Translations under genes and position numbers: made by a program
Shown: piece by piece, positions 45,389 through 54,501 of the stretch
How positions within the stretch are numbered: position 1 is the first letter of the stretch
Layout of the letters: each line of letters opens with the position of its first letter
From: Candidatus Methylacidiphilales bacterium
GTDB lineage: Bacteria; Verrucomicrobiota; Verrucomicrobiia; Methylacidiphilales; JAAUTS01
Direction of reading: 5' to 3'
Assembly (NCBI GenBank): GCA_038250235.1
Contig: JBBSCO010000007.1
Location: 1,477 to 65,476, forward strand
DNA length: 64,000 bases
The notes under the pieces: generated by a model
Told to the model about the DNA's origin: nothing
Database searches by the model: none
The model's input: only the letters and a program-made list of their open reading frames with translations

Positions 45389-46099
45389 TTAGGCAGGTAT
45401 CCAGTAAAGCATTCGTCCACAGTCCTCGCAGGTCGCAGGGCGTTGGCCGGACTTGGCATTAAGAATGGTCTGCTGGGTCAGCTTCATGTGACAGCCGCCG
45501 CAGTTGGTTCCATGTTCGACGGGAACAATGGCAATGTCTCCTTTGCTTTGCAGCAGACGGCGGTAGCGGCCCAGTTCAACAGGGTCAATTTTGGCCGCTA
45601 TATCCACCACATCGACTTCCAGTCGTTTTTTGGATTCTTCCAGGGCCAGTTTTTTGGCTGCCAGATCGTTCTTGCGGTTTTGGGCGGCTTTTTCAAACTC
45701 TTTGACCCTGAGTGATTCCACCGCCACGGCTTTCTGGGCCGTTTCATACTTTTCCATCAATTCCAGTTCTTTGTCTTCGATTTCGATGATGGCTTTTTCG
45801 GCGCGTTCGATTTCGGTGTTAAGTGCCTGGAACTGTTCGTTATTGCGCGTTTCAAACTGCTGCGTTTTGTATTTGGAGATATTGGTTTTTTTGCTCAGAA
45901 CCTCGTTGTCCAGGTTTTTGCGTTCGCTCTCGATCTGATTGGTGCGGAGTTTCAGGGCCTCGAATTCCGACATTTGAAATGCGAGTTTATCGCTGATGGA
46001 TTTTTCTTCCTGAGGTATAAGTTGCAGATCTTTCAGGGTCTGGCGCAGTTTGATGTCGCGATCTTGTAAAACGAGGAGACTTTCCAGAACGGGTAACAT
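45389..46099 (-). CDS. Coiled-coil protein with C-terminal C4 zinc ribbon (COG1579/DUF164 type)
   Basis: The product has a long heptad-rich region and ends with CGGCHMKL...CEDCGRMLY. Confidence 0.7.
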   Translation of the reverse strand: MLPVLESLLVLQDRDIKLRQTLKDLQLIPQEEKSISDKLAFQMSEFEALKLRTNQIESERKNLDNEVLSKKTNISKYKTQQFETRNNEQFQALNTEIERAEKAIIEIEDKELELMEKYETAQKAVAVESLRVKEFEKAAQNRKNDLAAKKLALEESKKRLEVDVVDIAAKIDPVELGRYRRLLQSKGDIAIVPVEHGTNCGGCHMKLTQQTILNAKSGQRPATCEDCGRMLYWIPA

Positions 46100-46174
46100 T
46101 AAAACCAGTTAACCGGAAAGCGGGAAAACATGCAACTGCCTTGCTTCATGCTCATGGCCAAGCATGGTGATTTT

Positions 46175-46369
46175 ATGGAGCGGGTTTTTACTTTGGCTGA
46201 GCGGGACAAATTGCGGGAAGCCCGTCATGAGGTGGCCCGAAGGATTGGATTTGTACAAAGAAGCCCGCTTGATCAGCAGATTGGCAAATCCAAAGCCAAA
46301 AAAGCCGCCCTCAAAGCACTTTATGGTGAATACGGACAACCTTTCCGCCGAACAACAGAAAAGGGCTGA
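46175..46369 (+). CDS. Hypothetical small protein (64 aa), overlaps the next ORF
   Basis: The sequence is MERVFTLAERDKLREARHEVARRIGF... The composition looks protein-like. It overlaps 46323-46652 by 47 nt in another frame, so the two may be halves of one frameshifted gene. Confidence 0.3.
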   Translation: MERVFTLAERDKLREARHEVARRIGFVQRSPLDQQIGKSKAKKAALKALYGEYGQPFRRTTEKG

Positions 46370-46652
46370 AACCGCAGTCCAGGTCAGTGAAGCCTTCCGT
46401 AAAGAAGGGTTTCAGCTCAACCAATACGGTGGAGCTACGGTCGAATTCTATACTCAAGGTCTTTATGCAATCGGTGATATGAACCTGGGGGGGGCGGAAC
46501 TTTATTCGAACCGTTTTGTGAGGATTCAAACTGTAAAGGGTTCTCTTTTAATGGAGGCCTCCGAGGAAGAGATTTCCCAGCGGTTACTTTACGGTATCTA
46601 TCCTCAACCCAATAAAGAGCAGGCACAGGCAGCGAAACCTTTGGTTACGTAA
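46323..46652 (+). CDS. Hypothetical protein (109 aa)
   Basis: This is the ATG at 46323 (MVNTDNLSAEQQKRAE...) within track ORF 46164-46652. I recognise no motif. Confidence 0.35.
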   Translation: MVNTDNLSAEQQKRAETAVQVSEAFRKEGFQLNQYGGATVEFYTQGLYAIGDMNLGGAELYSNRFVRIQTVKGSLLMEASEEEISQRLLYGIYPQPNKEQAQAAKPLVT

Positions 46653-46658
46653 GGATTG

Positions 46659-46892
46659 TTAAGTAGCCCTTCCATGGACTGGGAGGAGGCCCGGAGGATT
46701 GCACGGCTGCCGGGTTTCAAAGTGGAAGCAGAACTGGATCAACTCCTTGTCCAGTGCCGCAAGGAGCTTGGCCTTCCAGCTGAAGGGTGATTTTAGCGCA
46801 AATCCCCGTAGGAATATTTCATTATTGTTCACTAGGGCCTGGCGCCAAAATGGAATGACTGGGCGATAAAACATCCACCCATCACGACACAA
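46659..46892 (-). pseudogene. Possible C-terminal remnant of an IS200-like/REP-associated tyrosine transposase (RAYT)
   Basis: PFWRQALVNNNEIFLRGFALKSPFSW weakly resembles the C-terminal W..RFWEH.IRN....hh..YI..NP..W region of RAYT/TnpA-IS200 proteins. No HUH N-terminal part is present. The ORF starts inside the adjacent REP-like hairpin. The similarity is weak and judged by eye only. Confidence 0.2.
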
Positions 46893-46939
46893 GGCCGCTT
46901 CTACGCCGGAGAACTGTAGGAGCGACCTTGTGTCGCGAT
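46881..46939. repeat. REP-like imperfect palindrome (24-bp arms, 11-nt loop)
   Basis: The left arm ATCACGACACAAGGCCGCTTCTAC (46881-46904) pairs with the right arm GTAGGAGCGACCTTGTGTCGCGAT (46916-46939), matching at 21 of 24 positions. Confidence 0.6.
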
Positions 46940-47000
46940 GGCCTTATCCGGGGGATGTAAAACAATCAACCCCCTATGCTTTGAGGGTGATGTCGCCTAC

Positions 47001-47382
47001 CTAGTGTCCTGATATCGAAATTACTTTATTAATTTGCGGGGTAGGCGTTGAGCCCGGGAATAGGAATAGGAATAGGATGTTATATTGATTCCCGCCTAAT
47101 GTTTGTTTCTCAATGATAAAGTGAACGGTCTCTTCTGCTTTGAAATCGGTGAAAGCATCTTGATTGGGAGCAATAACATCACGGTCTTTCCACTTGATTT
47201 AGTAACGAACTTACTCATATCTTCAGCGCAGTTGAACACCTTCAGGACGAGCACGGAGCCGGGTTTCCAACTGAACTCCAAACGCTGTGGCAGGCCGGGG
47301 GGGATGATTTTTCCTGACCTTGTGTGCCAAGAATTGATCCTGAAATAAGCAGAAGAATAAGGGCGGATGCAGCGTGATTCAT
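47001..47382 (-). pseudogene. Decayed gene for a small secreted protein (needs at least two frameshifts)
   Basis: My translation uses three frames. Frame A from the ATG at 47382 reads MNHAASALILLLISGSILGTQGQEKSSPP (a signal peptide) and stops at 47242. Frame B continues after the G7 run (47297-47303) as GLPQRLEFSWKPGSVLVLKVFNCAEDMSKFVTK. Frame C continues as KWKDRDVIAPNQDAFTDFKAEETVHFIIEKQTLGGNQYNILFLFLFPG to the stop at 47001-47003. Confidence 0.35.
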
Positions 47383-47390
47383 GAAACCTG

Positions 47391-47981
47391 TCAGCGGTGG
47401 GCGAGCAGTTTTTCCGTATATTTCGCCAGAAGATCAAACTCCAGATTGACGCGGTCTCCAGCTTTTCTGGCCCCCAATGCTGTGACTTCATGGGTGTGTG
47501 GGATGATCCAGACGTTGAAGCGGCGCTTGGACACTTTGCCTACGGTCAGGCTGATTCCGTCGATGGCGATGCATCCTTTCGGAACAACATAACGTTCCAT
47601 ACTCTCGGGGACTTCGACTTCCAGCACGTAATCGTTGCCCTCTTTTTCCCATTGGGTGATGATGCCGGTGCCATCAATATGACCGGTGACGAAGTGTCCG
47701 CCGATACGGTCGTTCATTTTGAGAGAACGCTCCAGATTGACCAGGCTGCCGCTCTCGAGGTCGCCGAGATTGGTAGCGCGCAAGGTTTCCTGAAGGAGAT
47801 CGAAGGTGATTTTTTTACCGCTGACGGATGTGACGGTCAGGCAGCAGCCGTTGTTGGCAATACTATCGCCCAGTTGAATGTTCTGCAAAGCCTTGTCCGC
47901 CTCGACGGTCAGCTTGCAGACTGGCCCCTCCTGCTGGAGGACCTGTACTATTCCGGTTTCTTCGACGAGTCCAGTGAACAT
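47391..47981 (-). CDS. ribE: Riboflavin synthase (alpha chain)
   Basis: The product begins MFTGLVEETG and has a duplicated GDS.A.NG.CLT / GG.V.LE lumazine-binding repeat. Confidence 0.9.
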   Translation of the reverse strand: MFTGLVEETGIVQVLQQEGPVCKLTVEADKALQNIQLGDSIANNGCCLTVTSVSGKKITFDLLQETLRATNLGDLESGSLVNLERSLKMNDRIGGHFVTGHIDGTGIITQWEKEGNDYVLEVEVPESMERYVVPKGCIAIDGISLTVGKVSKRRFNVWIIPHTHEVTALGARKAGDRVNLEFDLLAKYTEKLLAHR

Positions 47982-47995
47982 GGGGGAGGTTTCGG

Positions 47996-49033
47996 TTATA
48001 AAGTTTCGGGTTGCGGGTTGGAAGCCACAAGGCCCTGGACTTTCAGATCCGGGCCCAGTTTTGTTATGACTGTTTCTTTCAAGGAAAGTTGCAGCAGAAT
48101 CGAGGCATCGACCAGCTTCGATTGCTGGGAATGTCCCTGGAAGTTGAGAGGGGCGAAGTAGAGCACGGCTTCGTTGATCAGTTTTTTCCCCGCCAGATCC
48201 CGGAAGATCCCGGCTCCACCCTCGACAAGCAGCCGGTTGACTCCTTTTTTCCCAAGGTCCTGCAACACCTGCTTCCAGGTCTTGTTTTGGTAGATCAGGG
48301 TTCTTGAGCTGTGCCCGTCCGTGAGAAGATGTAATGGTTTCGGGAATTTTCCGGAACGGGTGAGCACCACACGCCAGGGTTGTTTTACGGACTTCCCGCC
48401 CGTCCGGACGGTCAGCCGTGGGTTGTCTGTCCGTGCCGTTCCCGCCCCGACAAGAATGGCATCACAATGGGATCGCAGTTTGTGAACGTCCCGGCGGGCT
48501 TTTTCTCCGGTCAACCAGGCGCCTTGTCCTTTGGGACGGGTAAGTTTGCCATCGACCGAAAGAGCGGCCTTGGCGATGACCCAGGGCTGTCCGGTGCTGA
48601 TCCAATGGTTGAAGGAACGGTTCAGGTGTTCTGCCTCCCCGGCCAGAACGCCAGTGACAACCTGGATACCTGCCTTGCGTAACAGGGGGTAAGCTCTGCC
48701 TGTATGGCAAGGGTTGGGGTCCGTGGCGGCGACAACCACACAGGCCACTTTTTCCTGGATCAGGGCCTCGGTGCAGGGAGGTGTCTTTCCGTGTGTGCAA
48801 CAGGGCTCCAACGTGACATAGACGGTTGAGCCCTTAACTGTGTGGCCCTTTCGCCGCGCATCGCGGAGGGCTTCGATCTCGGCATGGGCTTGCCCGGCCT
48901 GCCTGTGCCAGCCCTGACCCAGCAAGCGTCCGTTTTTCACAATGACAGAACCAACGCAGGGGTTCGGACTGGTCTTTCCCTGTCCCTTGCGGGCCAGGGT
49001 CAAAGCCATTTTCATCCAGTCCTCGTGAGTCAC
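47996..49033 (-). CDS. ribD: Bifunctional diaminohydroxyphosphoribosylaminopyrimidine deaminase / 5-amino-6-(5-phosphoribosylamino)uracil reductase
   Basis: The CMP/dCMP deaminase zinc motifs are HAEIEAL and TLEPCCTHGKTPPC. The C-terminal RibD reductase domain contains LLVEGGAG. Confidence 0.9.
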   Translation of the reverse strand: MTHEDWMKMALTLARKGQGKTSPNPCVGSVIVKNGRLLGQGWHRQAGQAHAEIEALRDARRKGHTVKGSTVYVTLEPCCTHGKTPPCTEALIQEKVACVVVAATDPNPCHTGRAYPLLRKAGIQVVTGVLAGEAEHLNRSFNHWISTGQPWVIAKAALSVDGKLTRPKGQGAWLTGEKARRDVHKLRSHCDAILVGAGTARTDNPRLTVRTGGKSVKQPWRVVLTRSGKFPKPLHLLTDGHSSRTLIYQNKTWKQVLQDLGKKGVNRLLVEGGAGIFRDLAGKKLINEAVLYFAPLNFQGHSQQSKLVDASILLQLSLKETVITKLGPDLKVQGLVASNPQPETL

Positions 49034-49138
49034 CCTTCCATACTAAAGATCCCGTAACAGCTGGCAAGCCCATGCCCTGGACATTCCTGCTCTTTAATTT
49101 TTGCTGGACTGAAAAATCCTTTGCATCAGGTTATCCAA

Positions 49139-50338
49139 ATGTTGATCCGCCCCAAAATCCGTGGTTTTATTTGTATCACCGCCCATCCCGAGGGCTGTTC
49201 TGCCCATGTCCGTCAGCAGGCCGACTATGTAAAATCCAAAGGATCGATCGCCCTGGGCCCCAAGAAGGTTCTCGTGATCGGTTCTTCCACCGGTTACGGC
49301 CTCTCCTCCCGCATTATGGCGGCTTTCGGCAGTGGTGCGGCCACCATCGGTCTGTTTTTTGAAAAACCTGCCGAGGAAGACCGGACTGGTTCTGCCGGAT
49401 GGTATAATTCAGTGGCTTTCGAGCAACAGGCCCATGCCGCCGGGCTCTACGCCAAAAGCCTCAACGGCGATGCCTTTTCCGATAACATCAAGAAACAGGC
49501 CATTGAGCTGATCAAAAAAGATCTCGGTTCCGTGGATCTGGTCGTCTACAGCCTGGCATCCCCCCGCCGCACCAATCCCAGGAGCGGGCTTACATCCAAG
49601 TCCTGCCTGAAACCAATTGGAGCCTCCTACTCGGCCAAGACGCTCGACACCGATCGTGAACTGGTCAATGACATCACCATAGAACCTGCCAGCGAGCAGG
49701 AGATCCTGGACACTGCTGCCGTCATGGGCGGTGAAGACTGGCAGTGGTGGATCGATGCTTTGGCGGAAGCCGGGGTGTTGGCACCCAATGCCCAAACGGT
49801 GGCCTATTCCTACATCGGGCCCGAGCTGACTTTCCCTATCTACCGCAATGGAACCATCGGCAAAGCCAAGGAACATCTGGAGTCCACGGCCAAGGTTTTG
49901 CACGAGCGTCTGTCCAAGACCGGTGGAGCCGCCTACGTTTCCGTCAACAAGGCCCTGGTGACCCAGGCCAGTTCGGCCATTCCCGTGGTTCCGCTCTACA
50001 TTTCATTGCTCTACAAAGTCATGAAAGAAAAAGGTCTGCATGAAGGCTGTATTGAGCAGATCCAACGGCTCTTTGCTGAACGGTTATACAACAACGCCGA
50101 TGTCCAACTGGACAGTGGTGGGCGCATCCGCATTGACGACTGGGAAATGAAACCCGAAATTCAGTCGGCTGTAGCCAAACTCTGGCCTACGGTGACGACG
50201 GAGAATCTGAAATCCATTTCCGACTTTGAGAGTTATCAGAAAGAGTTTTTGAAGCTTTTCGGTTTCGGCCTCCCCGGCGTCGATTACGAAGCGGAGGCGG
50301 ATCCGATGCAGGTCAAGGGCCAGCCGGCTGTGATTTGA
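49139..50338 (+). CDS. fabV: Trans-2-enoyl-CoA/ACP reductase FabV
   Basis: [20 protein letters not shown] is the canonical FabV N-terminus. [16 protein letters not shown] is also present. The track ORF starts at a TTG six codons upstream. Confidence 0.85.
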   Translation: MLIRPKIRGFICITAHPEGCSAHVRQQADYVKSKGSIALGPKKVLVIGSSTGYGLSSRIMAAFGSGAATIGLFFEKPAEEDRTGSAGWYNSVAFEQQAHAAGLYAKSLNGDAFSDNIKKQAIELIKKDLGSVDLVVYSLASPRRTNPRSGLTSKSCLKPIGASYSAKTLDTDRELVNDITIEPASEQEILDTAAVMGGEDWQWWIDALAEAGVLAPNAQTVAYSYIGPELTFPIYRNGTIGKAKEHLESTAKVLHERLSKTGGAAYVSVNKALVTQASSAIPVVPLYISLLYKVMKEKGLHEGCIEQIQRLFAERLYNNADVQLDSGGRIRIDDWEMKPEIQSAVAKLWPTVTTENLKSISDFESYQKEFLKLFGFGLPGVDYEAEADPMQVKGQPAVI

Positions 50339-50601
50339 TCGTTTGAAAAGGAGACCGCTTAGGGGCGCGTAGAGGGTTTATTACGGTGACGGGCAGAAAA
50401 GATTCTTTTTATTGAACTCTGTCCCGCATGCCAGCGTGACACGAGTCTTCGCGTTCTAGCTGCGTATTTCATTTCGAATGCTGCATAAGCGTGGGGAAAT
50501 TCGGGGTCCTACTTTGATTCGGCCCAGGACTTGGCCGTTTCGCCTAAGGGGCTGCCTAAAGATCTGGCGTCAAATCCCGCTTACCTTTAAGGATTCGGAC
50601 T

Positions 50602-51015
50602 TTGGCCCCGGCGGTTCTGATGGATACCAGTCTCTTGGTTGCTTTTGTCGCCGGGGGTTCCGAGTATGGAGAGTGGATCCGATGCCAATTCAAACGACAC
50701 AAGCCCCCGTTGCTGACCTGTGAGCCCGTATCAACTGAGGCCGCCTTTCTGTTGAAACGTGACAGAGCTAGCGCCTACACTTTGTTCCAACTATTAGACC
50801 GTGGGGTGTTAAGTTTGGAGTTTTCCCTAACAGATCAAATGACTGATGTTCATGAATTTATGGGTCGTTACCGGGACACACCCAGCTCGTTGAGGGATGC
50901 CAGCCTGGTGCGCATGGCGGAGATCAATCCGCAGGTGACCGTTTCCACATTAAAAAGATATTTTCGTGTTTACCGAAAGCACGAACGCCTGGTGGTTCCG
51001 GTGCTTACGCCCTGA
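50602..51015 (+). CDS. PIN-domain protein (VapC-like), no partner gene visible
   Basis: The acidic-residue layout LMDTSLLVAF ... CEPVSTEAAFLL ... LRDASLVRMAE is PIN-like. The last conserved T.D.DF segment reads STLKRYF, so it is degenerate. The start is uncertain (TTG at 50602 or ATG at 50620). Confidence 0.45.
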   Translation: MAPAVLMDTSLLVAFVAGGSEYGEWIRCQFKRHKPPLLTCEPVSTEAAFLLKRDRASAYTLFQLLDRGVLSLEFSLTDQMTDVHEFMGRYRDTPSSLRDASLVRMAEINPQVTVSTLKRYFRVYRKHERLVVPVLTP

Positions 51016-51142
51016 TCCGGATACAGCCAGACAGGCTCAAGGGTTGCCGGTCTCACAAGGGTGAAGTGGTGCGCGAAGGGGGGCCTGTCTGCGACATTCA
51101 ACTCGGTCTTGGCGGAAAACAGATCGCAGTATATATTGGCTC

Positions 51143-52816
51143 GTGGCTATCGTACAGAGCACGCTGAAATACATGCGCTTTTTTCTGGCGGGGGCGGGTT
51201 TGATTCTGGGTGTAGTCCTCTACTACGGAGCCCACCCCGCCTACAATTTGCTGAAACAGGAACGTTACATGGCCCTGTCAGAAGCAGCACTTGAAGAGTC
51301 ACGATTGGAAAACGCCGAGCTTTGGGCGTTTCAGGCCCTTAAACACAATCCAGAGCGCCTTGCCGCCAATAGACTTGTTACTCGGGTTCTCGATGCCCAA
51401 GGGCATCCGATGACTGTTTTTTGGCACTCACGTTTGATTCAACTTCAGAAAACTCCGCCAAGCGAGGACTATCTGGCCTGGGCCGCTTCTGCCTTGCGAT
51501 ATGGCCAGGTCAAAACGGCTCAATATGCGCTGGATTTGATTCCAGAGCCGCAACGAAAGGCGGAACACGGTTCCCTCTCTGCTGGAGTTGCTCTGGCGCT
51601 CGGCAACAAGAGTCGGGCGGACGCTTTTTTTGTTCAGGCCGCGCGATGGGAGCCCGGTCGTCTGATTCATGAAATCAATCTGGCTACGCTTCGCCTGGAG
51701 GCACAAGACCCGGCGATTGCTCAGGAATCCCGAAAGAGGCTGGAGAAACTTTCGGAAAATCCGCAGGAAGGGATTGCAGCCCTGCGGGCTTTGGCCATGG
51801 ATGCCTCCCGGCGTCGCGACTTTCCGGCCTACCTTCGTTTGTCGCGTGAAATTCTTAAACGCAGTCCGGGCGGATGGGAAGACAGATTACAGGAGCTTGA
51901 TGCGTTGGAGTCAGAAGGGTTGGAGGAATCCGCAACCCTGGCAGAGTTGAAAACTCTGGCGGCCCAGAATCCTCTTCACGTTGCTTCTCTGGCCTCATGG
52001 ATGATTGCCCATGGAAGAGCGCAGGAATGTCTGCACTGGCTGGATGGTCAGGATGAAAATCTCCGAAAGCTTTTTCCGGTCCAGATGAGTCGTTGCGATG
52101 TCCTGTGGTCACTGGGGGACTATGCCGGGATGGATGAGTTTCTTCAGCGTATTGAGTGGAGAAAACTTGATACTTTAAGACTGGCGCTAATGGCCAGAGT
52201 TTCCCGTCAACAGGGAAACCCGGATTTTGAAGAACGGTGGGAAGCCACGGTGAAATCTGCGGCTTCTCTGGATGGCATGGCCTTTTTACTGGGGCAATGG
52301 GTTTTAAAGTGGGGTTGGGAGGGTGAGGCATCCGGGCTTCTTTGGACTGTCGCCCGCACCAGTACTTCTGAGCGGCCACAGGCCCTACAGCTTCTTTTGG
52401 AAACGGCATACCGGCAAGGAAAGGCTCTGAATGTGTATCAAGTGGTGAGCGAGCAGCTCAGAGACAATCCGCGAAATACCGTCTATCAGAACAACCACAT
52501 TTACCTCAGCCTTCTTCTCAACATCAACAGGGTTTCGGCAATCAGGGACGCGGAAGAACTACAGAAACGTTATCCGTCAGACCCGACAGTGCGGGATACC
52601 TATGCACTGGCCTGTTATTTTTCAGGTAAGCACGTGGAAGCTCTGGAACTTTTAAAAAAATGGCCCGAACCCGGGGGCCAGCCATCCGTTGCCTTGAAAT
52701 GGGCGCTTTTGCTGTCCTCCAACGGACAGCAGGAGCTATCGTCTGTTTATCGAAAAAAAGCGGCACAAGCCCGGCTCATGGATGAAGAGAGGCGTCTTCT
52801 GGATTCTTTGCCTTGA
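51143..52816 (+). CDS. Membrane-anchored TPR-repeat protein (paralog of 13577-15289)
   Basis: The product has an N-terminal transmembrane helix (FFLAGAGLILGVVLYYG) followed by TPR-like helices. It aligns by eye with the 570-aa protein, for example YLAWAASALRYGQVKTAQYALDLIPEPQR against HLKWAKAALVSGNSDMASYALGQIPEQDR. The likely ATG is at 51173. Confidence 0.6.
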   Translation: MAIVQSTLKYMRFFLAGAGLILGVVLYYGAHPAYNLLKQERYMALSEAALEESRLENAELWAFQALKHNPERLAANRLVTRVLDAQGHPMTVFWHSRLIQLQKTPPSEDYLAWAASALRYGQVKTAQYALDLIPEPQRKAEHGSLSAGVALALGNKSRADAFFVQAARWEPGRLIHEINLATLRLEAQDPAIAQESRKRLEKLSENPQEGIAALRALAMDASRRRDFPAYLRLSREILKRSPGGWEDRLQELDALESEGLEESATLAELKTLAAQNPLHVASLASWMIAHGRAQECLHWLDGQDENLRKLFPVQMSRCDVLWSLGDYAGMDEFLQRIEWRKLDTLRLALMARVSRQQGNPDFEERWEATVKSAASLDGMAFLLGQWVLKWGWEGEASGLLWTVARTSTSERPQALQLLLETAYRQGKALNVYQVVSEQLRDNPRNTVYQNNHIYLSLLLNINRVSAIRDAEELQKRYPSDPTVRDTYALACYFSGKHVEALELLKKWPEPGGQPSVALKWALLLSSNGQQELSSVYRKKAAQARLMDEERRLLDSLP

Positions 52817-52869
52817 TGCGATTTTCATTTACCTTGTGACATTGGCCTACTGAGGCTAGATTTAACTTA

Positions 52870-53658
52870 ATGAGAATGGCACATCTAAAGCTGATTGCGG
52901 CTCTTTTTTTGGTCACAGTGCCATGGGCAATGACATCGTCCGCCAATCTTTTGGTCAACGGCGACTTCGAAAATCCTGGAACCGCTGTCACAACGGATTA
53001 CGAGGGCTACACTGCAGACAATGACAGTGCTATACCGGGCTGGTATCTCCGGCCGACGACCAGCGATGGGGTAAGCCCCACTATTTTCTATACGCAGAGC
53101 ACTCCCGCGGATCGCACTTCGGCCACCTGGATTCCGAATGCCCAAAACGGGGCCTTCCTTATGCAGTTGGACAGCACTAACAGCACGCCCTTCACCGTGG
53201 GAAGTTCGCTTTATCAAGTGATTTCCCTTGTTTCAAGCACGGAGTATGAATTGAGTTTCTGGATCAACACCGAAGTGGGAGGCGGAAAAGGTGGGACATC
53301 CGGCAGTCTTCTTAATGTGGGCACACTCACCGGAAACGCCAATATCGGTGCCATTGGAACCAGTTACATAAGTAATCAGACGTTTTTGGTTACAAATCCT
53401 GATGATGTCAGCGCAACTGATGCGGTCTGGCAGCAGCATAGTATCCGATTTACTGCCACAACTACCGGGGACACGGTGATTCGTTTTGCCGACAGTACTA
53501 CTTCCAGTAATTCCAATGTCTCCCTCGACAACGTGGTTCTTGTTGTTGTACCCGAACCCACCGTAGTGATGGGCGTGATGCTGCTGTTTGCTCTGGTGGG
53601 TTGGCGTGAGCGCAAGCGTCTTAGAGGGTTTTTCCGCAGAGTAGAATCAAACGTCTAA
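52870..53658 (+). CDS. PEP-CTERM sorting-domain protein with ANLxVNGxFE domain (paralog of 15273-15977)
   Basis: The protein has a signal peptide and ANLLVNGDFENPG. The C-terminus is LDNVVLVVVPEPTVVMGVMLLFALVGWRERKR. Confidence 0.75.
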   Translation: MRMAHLKLIAALFLVTVPWAMTSSANLLVNGDFENPGTAVTTDYEGYTADNDSAIPGWYLRPTTSDGVSPTIFYTQSTPADRTSATWIPNAQNGAFLMQLDSTNSTPFTVGSSLYQVISLVSSTEYELSFWINTEVGGGKGGTSGSLLNVGTLTGNANIGAIGTSYISNQTFLVTNPDDVSATDAVWQQHSIRFTATTTGDTVIRFADSTTSSNSNVSLDNVVLVVVPEPTVVMGVMLLFALVGWRERKRLRGFFRRVESNV

Positions 53659-54491
53659 AAAAACTTTTCGACGTAGCTTTTTGGATCAAAGGGCTTGAGA
53701 TCTTCCAAGCCTTCGCCTGTTCCGATAAAATAGGGACTGACACCAGTAGCTGCTTTGATCGCGGCAACCGCACCGCCTTTTGACGAGCTGTCCAGTTTGG
53801 TCACGATCAGCCCGGTAAGCCCAAGTGCCTTGTGAAAAACTTCTGCCTGTTGGATGGCATTCGATCCATTGGTTCCGTCCACCACCAGGATGACTTCATG
53901 TGGAGCCCCCTTAACCTTTGAATCGATAACGCGTTTGATTTTTTCCAGTTCGCGCATCAGATTTTCTTTATTGTGCAGACGACCAGCCGTATCGATCAGG
54001 GCCAGATTGCTGCCATCGGCCAAAGCCTTTTCCAACCCCTGAAAAGCGGCAGCGGCTGGATCTCCGCCTTCTGTGCCGGCGGTGAATCCTGCTCCCGATC
54101 GTCCAGCCCAGACGCTTAACTGATCGATGGCGGCGGCGCGGAAAGTGTCTGCTGCCACAAGATGTACTTTTGCTTCTTTGCTGTAACGATGGGCCAGTTT
54201 TCCAATGCTGGTTGTTTTTCCGACTCCGTTGATCCCAATAACGAGCCAGACATTCAGGCGGTCCTGTTTCAATTTTGGCAGGGCCACGGGTGCGGGCCAG
54301 AGCTTGAGGATCTCCGCTGAAGTCGTGGCCTGGATCGTATCGGCGGAGACAGCTTGTTTCTTGAGCGTGGTGATCAGTCTTTCGGTCAGTTCCAGGCTGA
54401 GATCTGATTGGATGAGGGTGGATTCAAGATCGTCCCAGTCCACCGCTCCACCCTTGATGGTGGCTGCCCATTTTTTAAAAATCGAAAGCAT
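53655..54491 (-). CDS. ftsY: Signal recognition particle receptor FtsY (short form, NG domain only)
   Basis: Motifs are GINGVGKTTSIGKLA, DTAGRLH and TKLD..SKGG. The 278-aa product lacks an acidic A domain. Confidence 0.9.
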   Translation of the reverse strand: MLSIFKKWAATIKGGAVDWDDLESTLIQSDLSLELTERLITTLKKQAVSADTIQATTSAEILKLWPAPVALPKLKQDRLNVWLVIGINGVGKTTSIGKLAHRYSKEAKVHLVAADTFRAAAIDQLSVWAGRSGAGFTAGTEGGDPAAAAFQGLEKALADGSNLALIDTAGRLHNKENLMRELEKIKRVIDSKVKGAPHEVILVVDGTNGSNAIQQAEVFHKALGLTGLIVTKLDSSSKGGAVAAIKAATGVSPYFIGTGEGLEDLKPFDPKSYVEKFF

Positions 54492-54501
54492 GGTAGGTTT
54501 T

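Noticed and set aside
47096-47491. A 131-aa minus-strand ORF.
   Set aside because: Its start lies inside ribE in another frame. Only its 3' part appears to be one fragment (frame B) of the decayed secreted-protein gene at 47001-47382.
49034-49120. An FMN riboswitch upstream of ribD, and likewise at 56836-56909 upstream of ribBA.
   Set aside because: The spacers are only 87 nt and 74 nt, too short for the aptamer, and no conserved FMN-box sequence was seen.
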